A stretch of 64,000 nucleotides of DNA. Origin: Candidatus Oxydemutatoraceae bacterium (lineage in GTDB: Bacteria; Pseudomonadota; Gammaproteobacteria; Poriferisulfidales; Oxydemutatoraceae). The notes beneath the pieces are model-generated. The model did not search any database and had not been told where the DNA came from. It saw nothing but the letters and a program-made list of their open reading frames with translations. The translations under genes were made by a program, and so were the position numbers. Positions 30,713 to 41,162 of the stretch are shown one piece after another. Position 1 is the stretch's first letter. Every line of letters begins with the position of its first letter. Location of the stretch: assembly GCA_965220085.1 (NCBI GenBank), contig CBDCOZ010000003.1:1632001-1696000 (forward strand). Reading direction: 5' to 3'.

Positions 30713-31768
30713 ATGCAAATATCCGACAAACAAATCAACATGATCAAGCCCGATGACTGGCATCTCCACGTAAGGGACGGCGATATATTGAGGCTGGTCG
30801 TGCCGTGGACAGCGCGCGCGTTTTGCCGCGCCATCATCATGCCCAATCTGAGCCCTCCGATTACCGATGTCGAGGCCTGCGGCGCATATCGCGAGCGGAT
30901 CAAAGCGGCGGCGCCGGCGGGGTTTGAGCCCTTGATGACGCTCTACCTGACCGAAACGATGCCGCCTGATACGATTCGCAAAGCAAAAAACAGCGGCTTC
31001 ATCTACGCTGTTAAAATGTACCCCAAAAACACGACTACGCATTCCGGTGTCGGAGTGCAAGACATCGAGCGCGTATTTCCGATACTCGAGGAGATGCAAA
31101 ACTGCGATATGCCGCTGTTGATACACGGCGAACACCCCGACAAAAGCATCGACATATTTGATCGCGAAAAAATATTTATAGACAAGATTCTGAGTTCCAT
31201 CCGCAAGCGCTTTGACACACTGCGGATTGTGTTGGAACATATCACAACCCGCGATGCGATTGATTACGTAAGCGACAGCGACGCCAAGACCGCCGCGACG
31301 ATCACGCCGCACCACCTGCTGTACTCGCGCAACGCCCTGTTTGACGGCGGCCTGCGACCGCACCACTATTGCTTGCCGTTGCCGCAACGCGAACACCACC
31401 GCGAAGCCTTGATACAAGCCGCTACCAGCGGCAAAGCCTGCTTCTTCGCCGGCACCGACAGCGCGCCGCATTACAAGCACGAGAAAGAGAGTTCCTGCGG
31501 ATGCGCGGGCGTGTTCAACGCGCCGGCGGCGCTCGCGGCATATGCTTCTGTCTTTGAGGCCGCGGACAAACTTGAGCGCCTGGAGGCGTTCGTGTCTTTG
31601 CACGGAGCGGCGTTCTACGGACTGGAGCCCAACACACAACGCATCACGCTGGCGCAAGAAGAGGAAGTCATCGCCGAAAGCATTGAAAGCAATGACGGAA
31701 CGCTGGTGCCTTTGTTTGCCGGAAAGGCGGTGAAATGGCGCATACACGACAACGGAGAGATAGCCTGA
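30713..31768 (+). CDS. pyrC: Dihydroorotase (type II)
   Basis: PDDWHLHVRDG, MPNL, KMYP..TTHS, LEHITT, FAGTDSAPH. Confidence 0.97.
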   Translation: MQISDKQINMIKPDDWHLHVRDGDILRLVVPWTARAFCRAIIMPNLSPPITDVEACGAYRERIKAAAPAGFEPLMTLYLTETMPPDTIRKAKNSGFIYAVKMYPKNTTTHSGVGVQDIERVFPILEEMQNCDMPLLIHGEHPDKSIDIFDREKIFIDKILSSIRKRFDTLRIVLEHITTRDAIDYVSDSDAKTAATITPHHLLYSRNALFDGGLRPHHYCLPLPQREHHREALIQAATSGKACFFAGTDSAPHYKHEKESSCGCAGVFNAPAALAAYASVFEAADKLERLEAFVSLHGAAFYGLEPNTQRITLAQEEEVIAESIESNDGTLVPLFAGKAVKWRIHDNGEIA

Positions 31769-31797
31769 AAGGACCGAACGAAGAGCAGAAAGAATGG

Positions 31798-32415
31798 ATG
31801 CAAACGCGCTTTCGCAGCTTTATGCCGGTAGTCGTCGATGTGGAAACCGGCGGTTTCAACGCGAAAACAGATGCATTGCTTGAGATTGCGGCGGTGTTGA
31901 TCGGCGTCAGCGACGATATGCGGTTATACGCGGAGAAAGTATTGCACCATCACGTGGAGCCGTTTGAGAATGCCAACCTTGAGGAGGAATCTCTCAAGGT
32001 AAACCAGATCGACCCGTTCCACCCCTTGCGCATGGCCAAACCGGAGAAACTTGTGCTGGAGAATTTGTTTGCCGAAATCCGCGCCGCGCTCGGTCGCTAT
32101 CGCTGTTCGCGGGCGATCCTGACCGGTCACAACGCGTCTTTTGATCTCAAGTTCTTAAACGCCGCCGTCGTGCGCAACGGCATAGCGAACAACCCTTTTC
32201 ACCGCTTCAGCAGTTTTGACACGGTGACGCTCGGCGCGCTCGCGTATCGCCAGACCGTGCTGGCCAAAATTGCCGATGCTTCGGGCTTGCGGTGGGACGA
32301 ATCCAGCGCACACTCGGCAATCTATGATGCCAAGGTAACCGCCGAGATATTCTGTGCGGTATTTAATCAATACCCCGACGGGCGGCGGGCGCAACCCGAT
32401 CAGAAATATACTTGA
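31798..32415 (+). CDS. rnt: Ribonuclease T (start approximate)
   Basis: RFRSFMPVVVDVETGGFN, GHNASFD, NPFHRFSSFDT, AHSAIYDA (DEDDh). Confidence 0.95.
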   Translation: MQTRFRSFMPVVVDVETGGFNAKTDALLEIAAVLIGVSDDMRLYAEKVLHHHVEPFENANLEEESLKVNQIDPFHPLRMAKPEKLVLENLFAEIRAALGRYRCSRAILTGHNASFDLKFLNAAVVRNGIANNPFHRFSSFDTVTLGALAYRQTVLAKIADASGLRWDESSAHSAIYDAKVTAEIFCAVFNQYPDGRRAQPDQKYT

Positions 32416-32429
32416 AAGAGGCTGATACC

Positions 32430-32978
32430 ATGAAGGCTTTGTCTCCGTTCGCGCTGTACTGTATGTTGCTGTTTGCTTCGGTCGCGGCATTGGAGTATCT
32501 GACCGATGACCGTCCGCCGCCCGCTCAAGACCGCGCCCGGAACACGCAAGAAAGCAGAAACCTGTTGCAGCAAACCACGATGAGCGCTTACGCCGCCGAC
32601 GGCAAATTGACCTACCGGTTGCAAAGCCCGGAGTTGTGGCACTTTTCCGATTCCGGCAATATGCGGTTTGCCAAGGTTGAATTTGAATATTACCCGCAGT
32701 CCGACCCGGGCCTTCGCGCGTCGGCGGAAAAAGGCACGACCAGCAAAGCCAAAAATGAAATCTATCTGGATGGCCGCGTGACGCTGGAACGCCGGGACGG
32801 GCTGACGCTGGACACGCGCGATGTAACCGTTTCTCTGACTAGAAAAGTTGCGCATACCGATCAGCCCGCTACTTTGGCACACGACAACCATACGACGCAG
32901 GGAGTCGGGATGTTTGCGGATCTGGATAAGAACGAGATACGCCTGCAATCCCGCACACGAACGCGCTATGAAGACTAA
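32430..32978 (+). CDS. lptC: LPS export ABC transporter periplasmic protein LptC
   Basis: N-terminal TM, beta-jellyroll-like sequence (G.LTYRL.S, GVGMFADL), directly upstream of lptA-lptB. Confidence 0.85.
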   Translation: MKALSPFALYCMLLFASVAALEYLTDDRPPPAQDRARNTQESRNLLQQTTMSAYAADGKLTYRLQSPELWHFSDSGNMRFAKVEFEYYPQSDPGLRASAEKGTTSKAKNEIYLDGRVTLERRDGLTLDTRDVTVSLTRKVAHTDQPATLAHDNHTTQGVGMFADLDKNEIRLQSRTRTRYED

Positions 32979-33444
32979 AGCCTCTCTCCGCATCGCCGCC
33001 ATCGGCCTGCTGACAGCGCTGGCCTGTGCGGCCGAGTCGCCGCCAATCAATCTGGAAGCGGATGAAGCGAGTTACAACCACGAAAGCGGCATCAGCATCT
33101 ATCGCGGCAATGTCAAGGTGACCAGCGGCGATATCACTTTGACCGGCGATACCGTCGAAGTGTTCGCCAGCGAGGGCGAGGTGACCAAAGCGATTGCCAG
33201 CGCCAAGCCAAGCCGCTTTGCCCAACGAGACGGAGACAATGTGCTCAAAGCGGAAGCGTTGAAAATTGAGTATCATCTCGTCGATAACATCATCAAACTG
33301 ACCGGCAAGGTGCGCATCATAGACAACGACAAGACCTTCTCCGGAGAACATGTCATCTACAACATCGGCAAGAAAACCTTCGTCGCCAAAAAGCAGAAGA
33401 AACGCATCAAGTTAAATTTGCGGCGCGCTCGCAAAAAAGAATAA
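32968..33444 (+). CDS. lptA: LPS transport periplasmic protein LptA
   Basis: Signal peptide, PINLEAD, YRGNVKVT.G, LTGKV, SGEHVIYNI. Confidence 0.9.
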   Translation: MKTKASLRIAAIGLLTALACAAESPPINLEADEASYNHESGISIYRGNVKVTSGDITLTGDTVEVFASEGEVTKAIASAKPSRFAQRDGDNVLKAEALKIEYHLVDNIIKLTGKVRIIDNDKTFSGEHVIYNIGKKTFVAKKQKKRIKLNLRRARKKE

Positions 33445-33449
33445 GGCCG

Positions 33450-34178
33450 ATGGGACATTTGCTGAAAGTTACCGATATTCAAAAGAGTTACAAGCGGCGT
33501 CAGGCCGTGAAGTCGCTGTCGCTGGAGCTGTGCGAAGGAGAGGTGGTCGGCATGCTCGGGCCGAACGGGGCCGGCAAAACCACCGCTTTTTATATGATCG
33601 CGGGTTTGATCAAGCCGGATAACGGCACGATCGAAGTAGACGGCACCGACATATCGACCTGGCCCATATCCCGTCGCGCCGAAAGCGGTCTCGGTTACCT
33701 GCCGCAAGAACCTTCTATCTTTAAGAAAGTCAGCGTCGAAGACAATATCAGGATCGCCTTGGAGTCGCTCGGCTATAAGCAGAAAGAAAAACTGGAGAGC
33801 AAGTTGCAAGAAGTGCTGGATGAACTGCGCCTCAACAAAGTGCGCGCGCAACTTGGCAATACCCTGTCCGGCGGCGAACGACGGCGTACCGAGATCGGAA
33901 GATTGCTGGCGATTGAGCCGACTTTTCTGCTGATGGACGAACCGTTCTCAGGCATTGACCCGATTTCTATCAACGAGCTGCAAAAATTAATCCGGCAGTT
34001 CAAGTCGCGCGGCTTTGGCCTTTTGATCAGCGATCACAATGTCCAAGCGACGCTGAAAATCTGCGACCGCGCCTATATCGTCCACCACGGGCAGGTCATC
34101 GCGCAAGGCGCCCCGGAGGAGATTCTGGCCGACAAGACCGTCCGAGAGGTGTATCTGGGAGACCAGTTTGAAATTTAA
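33450..34178 (+). CDS. lptB: LPS export ABC ATPase LptB
   Basis: GPNGAGKTTAFYM, YLPQEPSIF, LSGGERRR, DEPFSGIDP, SDHNV, VYLG. Confidence 0.97.
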   Translation: MGHLLKVTDIQKSYKRRQAVKSLSLELCEGEVVGMLGPNGAGKTTAFYMIAGLIKPDNGTIEVDGTDISTWPISRRAESGLGYLPQEPSIFKKVSVEDNIRIALESLGYKQKEKLESKLQEVLDELRLNKVRAQLGNTLSGGERRRTEIGRLLAIEPTFLLMDEPFSGIDPISINELQKLIRQFKSRGFGLLISDHNVQATLKICDRAYIVHHGQVIAQGAPEEILADKTVREVYLGDQFEI

Positions 34179-36286
34179 CGCAGTCCGAAGACCTTGAGCA
34201 AAAAAGCATACCGCAACGCGACTTCTTTGAGCGAATCATAACGCCCCGACGCGCCGGCATGCCCCGCCGACATATCGGTCTTCAACAACAACAAATTTGC
34301 ATCCGTTTTTAGGGCGCGCAATTTGGCGACCCACTTGGCCGGTTCCCAATACGTCACCCGCGGGTCGCTCAAACCGGCGGTGACCAACAAGTTCGGATAC
34401 GCCCGCTCGGCAACATTGTCATACGGCGAATACGCGGCGATACGGCGGTAGGCATCAATGTCGCTTAGCGGATTGCCCCACTCCGGCCATTCGGGCGGAG
34501 TGAGCGGCAGGGTTTCATCCGACATCGTCGTCAAGACATCCACGAACGGCACATCGGCGATAGCGGCGGCAAACAACTCCGGTCGCATGTTCAAAACCGC
34601 GCCGATTAGCATACCGCCCGCAGAACCGCCGTGGATGGCCAGCTTCGCGGGCGACGTAAAACCGTTGTCAATCAGATAACGCGCGCAAGCGATGAAATCG
34701 TCAAAAGTATTTTGCTTGTGTCGCAGTTTGCCGGCGGCGTACCAGTGATAGCCTTTCTCCATGCCGCCGCGCACATGCGCAATCGCGAACACAAACCCCC
34801 TTTGCGCCAGCGACAAACGCAGCGGCGAAAAGACCGCGGGCACCGAATGCCCGTACGCGCCGTAAGCGTACAACAGCAAAGGCGAGTCGGGGCCAGGCGG
34901 CGTCGCTTTGGCATACAACACGCTGATCGGCACTTCCTCGCCGTCATCGGCCTTCGCCAGAAAGCGCTTTGCAACATAGTCGTCGGGGTCGTGTCCGCTC
35001 GGCACCCGTTGCTCCTTGCGTAACACCCGCTGCCGGGTCTTCATGTCGTAGTCGTATATTCTTTCCGGCGTCGTCATAGACGAGTAGGAAAAACGCAGTA
35101 TGTCGCCGGCGTAATCGTCATCCTCCTCGACCTCCAACTCATAACATTCCTCGTCAAAGGCGATGACATGTTCATCCCCTCGCAGATCCGTTACGACCAA
35201 CCTCGGCAGGCCGTCCTCCCGTTCGCAACGCACCAGCCAGCGGTCAAATACGACGATGTCCTCCAGCAAAACCCCGCGCGGCGGGAGATAGCAATCCCGC
35301 CATTCGCCGTCGGACAACTCACACGGTGTTTGCATGATTTTGTAGTCATGCGCGCCGTCAATATTGGTGCGCAACAGCAAACGGTCGCGCTGATGTTCGA
35401 CATCGTACTCAACCCCCGCAAGCCGCGGCCGCACGAGCGTTGGCGGCGCAAAAATATTTTGCATATCTATCAAGCGGCATTCGGTCGTATCGTGCGCGTG
35501 AATATTGATGGAGACATATCGGCGCGAGCGGGTTTTATTGAGGTTGATAAAAAAGCCGGAATCGTCTTCGCGATAAACCATGACGTCAGCGTCGGGTTGC
35601 GTACCCAAACGGTGTCGGCATACCTCCTTCGGACGGTGTTCCGAATCCAGCACAATATAAAATATGTGCTTGCTGTCCTCGGCCCAAGCGATCTCGCCTT
35701 GCGCGCGAGGAAGCGGCCGGCTGACCAAGCGCCCGCTCTGCAAATCGCGAACATACAAGGTGTAGAACTCCGAGCCGTCGGTGTCCAAGCAATAAGCGAT
35801 TAGGCGGTGATCGGGGCTGTGCTCCAAATCTCCGATAGAAAAATAATCATGTTTTGCAGACTCAGCGTTGCCGTCAAAGAGTATCTCTTCTTGTTCCTCC
35901 GCCTCGATGCGGTGGCGACAATAGATTGGGTACTGCCCGTCTTTGCGATAACGAATGTAATACGCATAATCCCCGTCCGCAACGGGTACCGATTGGTAAT
36001 CCTCTTCCATGCGCCCTTTGAGTTCGGCAAACAGCCGCCGCTGTAATGCCTCGGTATCTCGCATGGACGCTTCCGTGTAATTGTTTTCGGCTTCGAGATA
36101 TTGCCGTATGGACGGAGCGAGCGCGGCGGGAGAGCGCATCACCTCTTGCCAATTATCGGCGCGCAACCAAGCGTACGCATCATCGCGCGCAACGCCGTGA
36201 CAGCTGACCCGATGCCGCTTTGCGGGCGCGCACGGCGGCTTTTTGCGGGGCGCTGTCACCGGAGGTTTATGCATAGAGCGGGACAA
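34175..36286 (-). CDS. ptrB: Oligopeptidase B (S9A)
   Basis: DAYAWLR, HVRGG, GGSAGG catalytic Ser, DPRVTYWEPAKW, GH. Confidence 0.95.
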   Translation of the reverse strand: MSRSMHKPPVTAPRKKPPCAPAKRHRVSCHGVARDDAYAWLRADNWQEVMRSPAALAPSIRQYLEAENNYTEASMRDTEALQRRLFAELKGRMEEDYQSVPVADGDYAYYIRYRKDGQYPIYCRHRIEAEEQEEILFDGNAESAKHDYFSIGDLEHSPDHRLIAYCLDTDGSEFYTLYVRDLQSGRLVSRPLPRAQGEIAWAEDSKHIFYIVLDSEHRPKEVCRHRLGTQPDADVMVYREDDSGFFINLNKTRSRRYVSINIHAHDTTECRLIDMQNIFAPPTLVRPRLAGVEYDVEHQRDRLLLRTNIDGAHDYKIMQTPCELSDGEWRDCYLPPRGVLLEDIVVFDRWLVRCEREDGLPRLVVTDLRGDEHVIAFDEECYELEVEEDDDYAGDILRFSYSSMTTPERIYDYDMKTRQRVLRKEQRVPSGHDPDDYVAKRFLAKADDGEEVPISVLYAKATPPGPDSPLLLYAYGAYGHSVPAVFSPLRLSLAQRGFVFAIAHVRGGMEKGYHWYAAGKLRHKQNTFDDFIACARYLIDNGFTSPAKLAIHGGSAGGMLIGAVLNMRPELFAAAIADVPFVDVLTTMSDETLPLTPPEWPEWGNPLSDIDAYRRIAAYSPYDNVAERAYPNLLVTAGLSDPRVTYWEPAKWVAKLRALKTDANLLLLKTDMSAGHAGASGRYDSLKEVALRYAFLLKVFGLR

Positions 36287-36301
36287 AGGGCGCGAGAACC
36301 G

Positions 36302-36817
36302 TCACGCATCGAGTTGATATTCGCATAGATTCTTGTAATGCGCCCTGTCGGAGCGCAAGGCGGATTCCGTCAACGCAAACGAGGTCATACGCCATTCGAT
36401 TTCCTGCGGCAACTCTTTTAGCGGCAACGGCGGCTTCGCATTCCGAAACAATGTCACATGCGGATAAAAGCGCCCCTTCAAACATATATCGCAAGCCTGC
36501 AAAGCGCGCAACAGGCGTTTGCGCAAAGACAATAACTCCGGCGGAACATCTGTCGGCGCGGCGACGAGCAAGCGTTGCTTTGCAAGCATCTCACAGCGCG
36601 TGAGCCGCAACGAAAAGGGCGCTGCGCGCACGCCGCTTGCGGCGGTGTGAATGCGCTCGACCATCGCGGCTTCGCACGCGCCGAGAAACGCCAGCGTCAA
36701 GTGAAGATTCTCGGGCGCGACGGCTCTGCCGCCGCAATCGATTTGCAACTGAAGATCGCACAATGCCCGCCGCACCGGCAAATCGGGATAACTTGCAAAA
36801 AAGAGTCGCTTTTTCAT
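36302..36817 (-). CDS. thpR: RNA 2',3'-cyclic phosphodiesterase (2H family)
   Basis: RLFFA and two HxT motifs: NLHLTLAFLG and PHVTL. Confidence 0.92.
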   Translation of the reverse strand: MKKRLFFASYPDLPVRRALCDLQLQIDCGGRAVAPENLHLTLAFLGACEAAMVERIHTAASGVRAAPFSLRLTRCEMLAKQRLLVAAPTDVPPELLSLRKRLLRALQACDICLKGRFYPHVTLFRNAKPPLPLKELPQEIEWRMTSFALTESALRSDRAHYKNLCEYQLDA

Positions 36818-36841
36818 TTGAGACCGCCGCCGGCAGGTCGC

Positions 36842-37489
36842 TTATGCGCTCAGAGCCCGCACGATGGACTCCCGCACCGCCTCGGCCGTCTGTCCGCCGT
36901 CAATCTCGCGGTAGCGCACTTCGCCTTGGGCCGCAAGATTGCGGTAATAGTCGGTCAATTCGGCGGTCTGTTCGCGATACGCGCGCAACCTCTGGCTGAC
37001 AATGTCCGGGTAGTCATCCTCTCTTTGCGCCAAGTCCTCGCCGGTCTCGTCATCCTTGCCCTCGACTTGCGGCGGGTTATATTCAATGTGGTATATCCGA
37101 CCGGATGGCGCATGGATACGCCGCCCGCACAGACGCCTGATCAGTTCCTCCTCGGCGACGGTGATTTCTATCACGTAATCGATCTTGACCCCGTGTTTGC
37201 GCAGCGCTTCCGCTTGCGCGCGCGTGCGCGGGAAACCGTCAAACAGAAACCCCTTGCCGCAATCGTCCTCTTTGATACGTTCGACGACCAAGGCATTGAC
37301 CAGTTCATCCGGCACGAGCCGCCCGTTGCTCATATACTCTGCCGCCTTGCGGCCGAGCGCGTTGCCGGCGGCGCGCGCGTTGCGCAACATATCGCCGGTT
37401 GAAATTTGCGGCGCCTGATAGCGAGCGCAGACAAACCGGGCCTGCGTGCCTTTGCCGACCCCGGGCGCACCGAGCAAAATAATTCTCAT
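36842..37489 (-). CDS. adk: Adenylate kinase
   Basis: MRIILLGAPGVGKGTQA, STGDMLR, FDGFPRT, Gram-negative-type LID. Confidence 0.98.
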   Translation of the reverse strand: MRIILLGAPGVGKGTQARFVCARYQAPQISTGDMLRNARAAGNALGRKAAEYMSNGRLVPDELVNALVVERIKEDDCGKGFLFDGFPRTRAQAEALRKHGVKIDYVIEITVAEEELIRRLCGRRIHAPSGRIYHIEYNPPQVEGKDDETGEDLAQREDDYPDIVSQRLRAYREQTAELTDYYRNLAAQGEVRYREIDGGQTAEAVRESIVRALSA

Positions 37490-37572
37490 TTCCAACCCCC
37501 CGCGTAAATAATCATCAGACCCCGACACGGGTCTCATATTGAATGTTCGTAGGAAGAGATTATAATCTGTGA

Positions 37573-38829
37573 ATGCAAAAATATAACGCCTTGTATGCCC
37601 AATCGGGCGGTGTCACCGCTGTCATTAACGCAACCGCCTGCGGCATCATACAAACCGCCCGCAAACACACCGACCGTATCGGCACAGTATATGCCGCGCG
37701 CAATGGCATTCTCGGCGCTATCCGGGAAGAACTCATCGACACCTCGGCGGAAAGCGATAGCGCGATCGCGGCTCTGAGGCACACGCCGGCGGGCGCATTC
37801 GGATCCTGCCGCTACAAACTAAAAGACATGGATGAAAAAAGGAGCGAATACGAAAGGCTCATAGAAGTATTCAAAGCGCACAACATCGGCTGCTTCTTCT
37901 ACAACGGCGGCGGCGACTCGCAAGACACCACAAACAAGATTGCGCGGTTTGCCAAACACTGCGGCTACCCTCTGACCTGTATCGGCATCCCCAAAACGGT
38001 CGATAACGATCTGCCGCTGACCGACTGCTGCCCCGGATTCGGCACCACCGCAAAGTATGTCGCCGTTTCCGCTCGTGAGATCGCTTTGGACCTCGCGTCT
38101 ATGGATGCGACATCCACCAAAGTCTTCGTGCTGGAAGTGATGGGACGACACGCCGGCTGGATCGCCGCGGCAACCGGGCTTGCGCGCGAAGAAAGCGCCG
38201 ATGCGCCGCATCTCATCCTGTTTCCGGAAATTCCGTTTAATCGGGAAAAGATGCTGGCAAAGGTCAAACATTGCGTTGAGCGCAACGGGCATTGCGTCAT
38301 CGTCACATCCGAGGGCATCCGCAACGAAGCGGGGCAGTTTTTGTCCGAGACCGGCGCCACCGATGCATTCGGCCACGCCCAACTCGGCGGCGTAGCGCCG
38401 ATTATCGCGGAGATGACCCGCAACGAATTCGGCTATAAGTATCACTGGGCGGTCGCCGATTACATGCAGCGCTCGGCGCGCCATATCGCTTCGCGCACCG
38501 ATGTCGAACAAGCCTACGCGCTGGGGCAATACGCCATCACGGCCGCGCTGGACGGAAAACATGCCGTGATGGCCGCAATCGTACGCGACTCCGACGCGCC
38601 TTACACGTGGCACATTGACACGGTGCCGCTAGAAGCGGTTGCAAATCAGGAAAAGAAAATACCGCGCGAGTTTATTGACGACGAAGGGTTTTTTATCATG
38701 CCGGCATGCCGTGACTACCTGCTGCCGTTGATAGCAGGCGAAGATTATCCGCCGTATCAAAACGGTCTGCCGAACTATGTCCGGCTGAAAAACACAGCGG
38801 TAAAAAAGAAACTGCCCGCTCCGGACTGA
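37573..38829 (+). CDS. pfp: 6-phosphofructokinase, probably PPi-dependent
   Basis: QSGGVTAVIN, GGGDS (Asp at the phosphoryl-donor specificity position), PKTVDND, EVMGRHAGW. Confidence 0.85.
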   Translation: MQKYNALYAQSGGVTAVINATACGIIQTARKHTDRIGTVYAARNGILGAIREELIDTSAESDSAIAALRHTPAGAFGSCRYKLKDMDEKRSEYERLIEVFKAHNIGCFFYNGGGDSQDTTNKIARFAKHCGYPLTCIGIPKTVDNDLPLTDCCPGFGTTAKYVAVSAREIALDLASMDATSTKVFVLEVMGRHAGWIAAATGLAREESADAPHLILFPEIPFNREKMLAKVKHCVERNGHCVIVTSEGIRNEAGQFLSETGATDAFGHAQLGGVAPIIAEMTRNEFGYKYHWAVADYMQRSARHIASRTDVEQAYALGQYAITAALDGKHAVMAAIVRDSDAPYTWHIDTVPLEAVANQEKKIPREFIDDEGFFIMPACRDYLLPLIAGEDYPPYQNGLPNYVRLKNTAVKKKLPAPD

Positions 38830-38999
38830 CTGCGGAAACAAGCGGGACTTGCGGAGACCGCAACCGGCACAGCGATGCCGAAGTCGCTGCCGAACTATGT
38901 CCGGCTGAAAAACACAGCGGTAAAAAAGAAACTGCCCGCTCCGGACTGACTGCGGAAACAAGCGGGACTTGCGGAGACCGCAACCGGCACAGCGATGCC
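38767..38999 (+). repeat. Direct tandem duplication, 2 x 113 bp (period 120), containing the pfk 3' end and stop
   Basis: 38767-38879 and 38887-38999 read identical by eye. Confidence 0.95.
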
Positions 39000-39036
39000 T
39001 TCGGAATATTGCGCCGCTTGAAGTCGGGACAAAACC

Positions 39037-39675
39037 CTACTTGTAAATCATCTCAACGCGGCGATTGCGGCTATATATCTCTTCGCCATCGCCGTCCACC
39101 GCCGGACGCTCTTCGCCATAACTGACCACATTGATACGCGCGCTCTCTGCGCCATTCGCCTGCAGGATGGCTTTGACAGCCAATGCGCGACGCTCCCCCA
39201 AAGCGAGGTTATACCCCGCGGTGCCGCGCTTATCGGCATGCCCTTCCAACACCAATTTCACTTCGGGATGCTCTTGCATAAACACGGCGTGCATGGCAAG
39301 CACTTCGTGCAACTCGGAATTGACATGCGCCGAGTTGAAATCAAAGTAGATAACGCTGTAGCCCAAATTAGGATTCTTTTTGACCGCCTCGCGATACGCC
39401 GGACTGTCGCCGCCCGGATCCTCGCCGTATAACTTCTCCGCGCTGCTGACGAGCGTAGACGGGTACGTGTGCACCGCAACGATTGTCTCCGGCTCTTCCG
39501 GTTCTTCCGGCGCCTCTTCCGGTATCTCTTCCGGCATGACTTCGGGCATGGTTTCTGTCGGTTCTTCCATTCCCACTTCTGCGGGGGAAAACTCAACATT
39601 CGGCGAGCCGGCACAACCAGCCAATAGAACACCGCACACTAGGATAAAAAGCGAATGGAAAAATAGAGTTTTCAT
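39037..39675 (-). CDS. pal: Peptidoglycan-associated lipoprotein Pal
   Basis: Lipobox LLAGC, Glu/Pro-rich linker, OmpA-C domain IYFDFN...EGHADKRGTAGYNLALGERRA...SYGEERP...NRRVE. Confidence 0.9.
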   Translation of the reverse strand: MKTLFFHSLFILVCGVLLAGCAGSPNVEFSPAEVGMEEPTETMPEVMPEEIPEEAPEEPEEPETIVAVHTYPSTLVSSAEKLYGEDPGGDSPAYREAVKKNPNLGYSVIYFDFNSAHVNSELHEVLAMHAVFMQEHPEVKLVLEGHADKRGTAGYNLALGERRALAVKAILQANGAESARINVVSYGEERPAVDGDGEEIYSRNRRVEMIYK

Positions 39676-39788
39676 CGGGCGTAGCCTCCGCAAGAATTAA
39701 AATCAGCGCTAATAGTACAGCAACAAGGTTTATGAAGCAATAACGCCATTCTCAAAAACTATGCGCAGCAGTCAAACGGCGCACGGGC

Positions 39789-41117
39789 TTACATGTTTTC
39801 CACAATCGCATCGCCAAAGCCCGAGGTGGTTACCAGCTTGGCCCCCGGCATCAAACGTTGCAACTCGGTATCCAAATCTTTGCGGCTGCCGACATGGCGC
39901 CAGCCCGCGGATATGCCCCCGCGCACGCGCGCCAGATCATAGGTCACGGTTCTGGCGGCGATAGCGGCGGCGACACCTTTGAGAATCAAATCCGCGGCCT
40001 CGTCCCACCCCATGTGCCTGAGCATCATCTCCGCCGAGAGGATAATGGAGCCCGGATTGACGCGATTCTTATCGGCATACTTGGGAGCGCTGCCGTGCGT
40101 CGCTTCAAACACCGCGATCGTATCCGACATATTGGCGCCCGGCGCGATTCCGATCCCTCCGACCTGCGCGGCGAGGGCGTCGGAAATATAATCGCCATTC
40201 AAGTTTAGAGTCGCGATGACATCGTACTCATCGGGTTTCAGCAATATCTGCTGGAGAAAGTTATCGGCAATAATGTCCTTGATCACAATTTCGCAACCCG
40301 TCAGCGGATTAATAATCTGGCACCACGGCCCGCCGTCTATCGGTTGCGCGCCGAACTCATCGGTAACCACCTCATAGCCCCAGTTGCGAAAAGCCCCTTC
40401 GGTATATTTCATGATATTGCCCTTGTGCACCAGCGATACCGATGTGCGATTATTATCGATCGCATATTGCACCGCCTTGCGCACCAAGCGTTGCGAGCCT
40501 TCCTGCGACACCGGTTTGATACCGACGCCGCAAGATTGCGGAAAGCGGATTTCGGTCACCCCCATCTCCTCAATCAAAAAAGAGAGAACCTTCTTCGCCT
40601 CAGCGGAATCGGCGGGCCACTCGACCCCGGCATAGATGTCTTCGGTATTCTCGCGGAATACGATCATGTCGGTCGTCTCCGAGTCTTTTAACGGCGTCGG
40701 CGTGCCGGGGAAGTAGCGAATCGGTCTGACGCAGGCATACAGGTCCAACTCTTGACGAATAGCCACATTGAGCGAGCGCATCCCTTCGCCGACCGGCGTC
40801 GTCAAAGGGCCTTTGATGGCGACCGCATACTCCTTGATTAAGTCAAAGGTTTCTTGCGGCAACCAGTGTCCGTCGCCGTAGACCGCCACCGCTTTCTCGC
40901 CGGCGTAGATCTCCAACCATTCGATGGCGCGCTCGCCCGCATAGGCTTTCTTGACCGCCGTATCCACGACCAAGCGCATGACCGGCGTCACATCGGAACC
41001 GATGCCATCGCCTTCGATAAAAGGAATGATCGGACAGTCGGGGACTTCCAACCTGCCGTCGCCAAACGCCTTAATCGGATAACCTTGCGCCGGTCTGTTG
41101 ACCTTTTGCCGAACCAT
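39789..41117 (-). CDS. icd: NADP-dependent isocitrate dehydrogenase (dimeric type)
   Basis: [51 protein letters not shown]. Confidence 0.97.
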   Translation of the reverse strand: MVRQKVNRPAQGYPIKAFGDGRLEVPDCPIIPFIEGDGIGSDVTPVMRLVVDTAVKKAYAGERAIEWLEIYAGEKAVAVYGDGHWLPQETFDLIKEYAVAIKGPLTTPVGEGMRSLNVAIRQELDLYACVRPIRYFPGTPTPLKDSETTDMIVFRENTEDIYAGVEWPADSAEAKKVLSFLIEEMGVTEIRFPQSCGVGIKPVSQEGSQRLVRKAVQYAIDNNRTSVSLVHKGNIMKYTEGAFRNWGYEVVTDEFGAQPIDGGPWCQIINPLTGCEIVIKDIIADNFLQQILLKPDEYDVIATLNLNGDYISDALAAQVGGIGIAPGANMSDTIAVFEATHGSAPKYADKNRVNPGSIILSAEMMLRHMGWDEAADLILKGVAAAIAARTVTYDLARVRGGISAGWRHVGSRKDLDTELQRLMPGAKLVTTSGFGDAIVENM

Positions 41118-41162
41118 CGGTATCTCGCAGTGTCGTAAGCAAGGTAGCGCTGCGACTACAAC

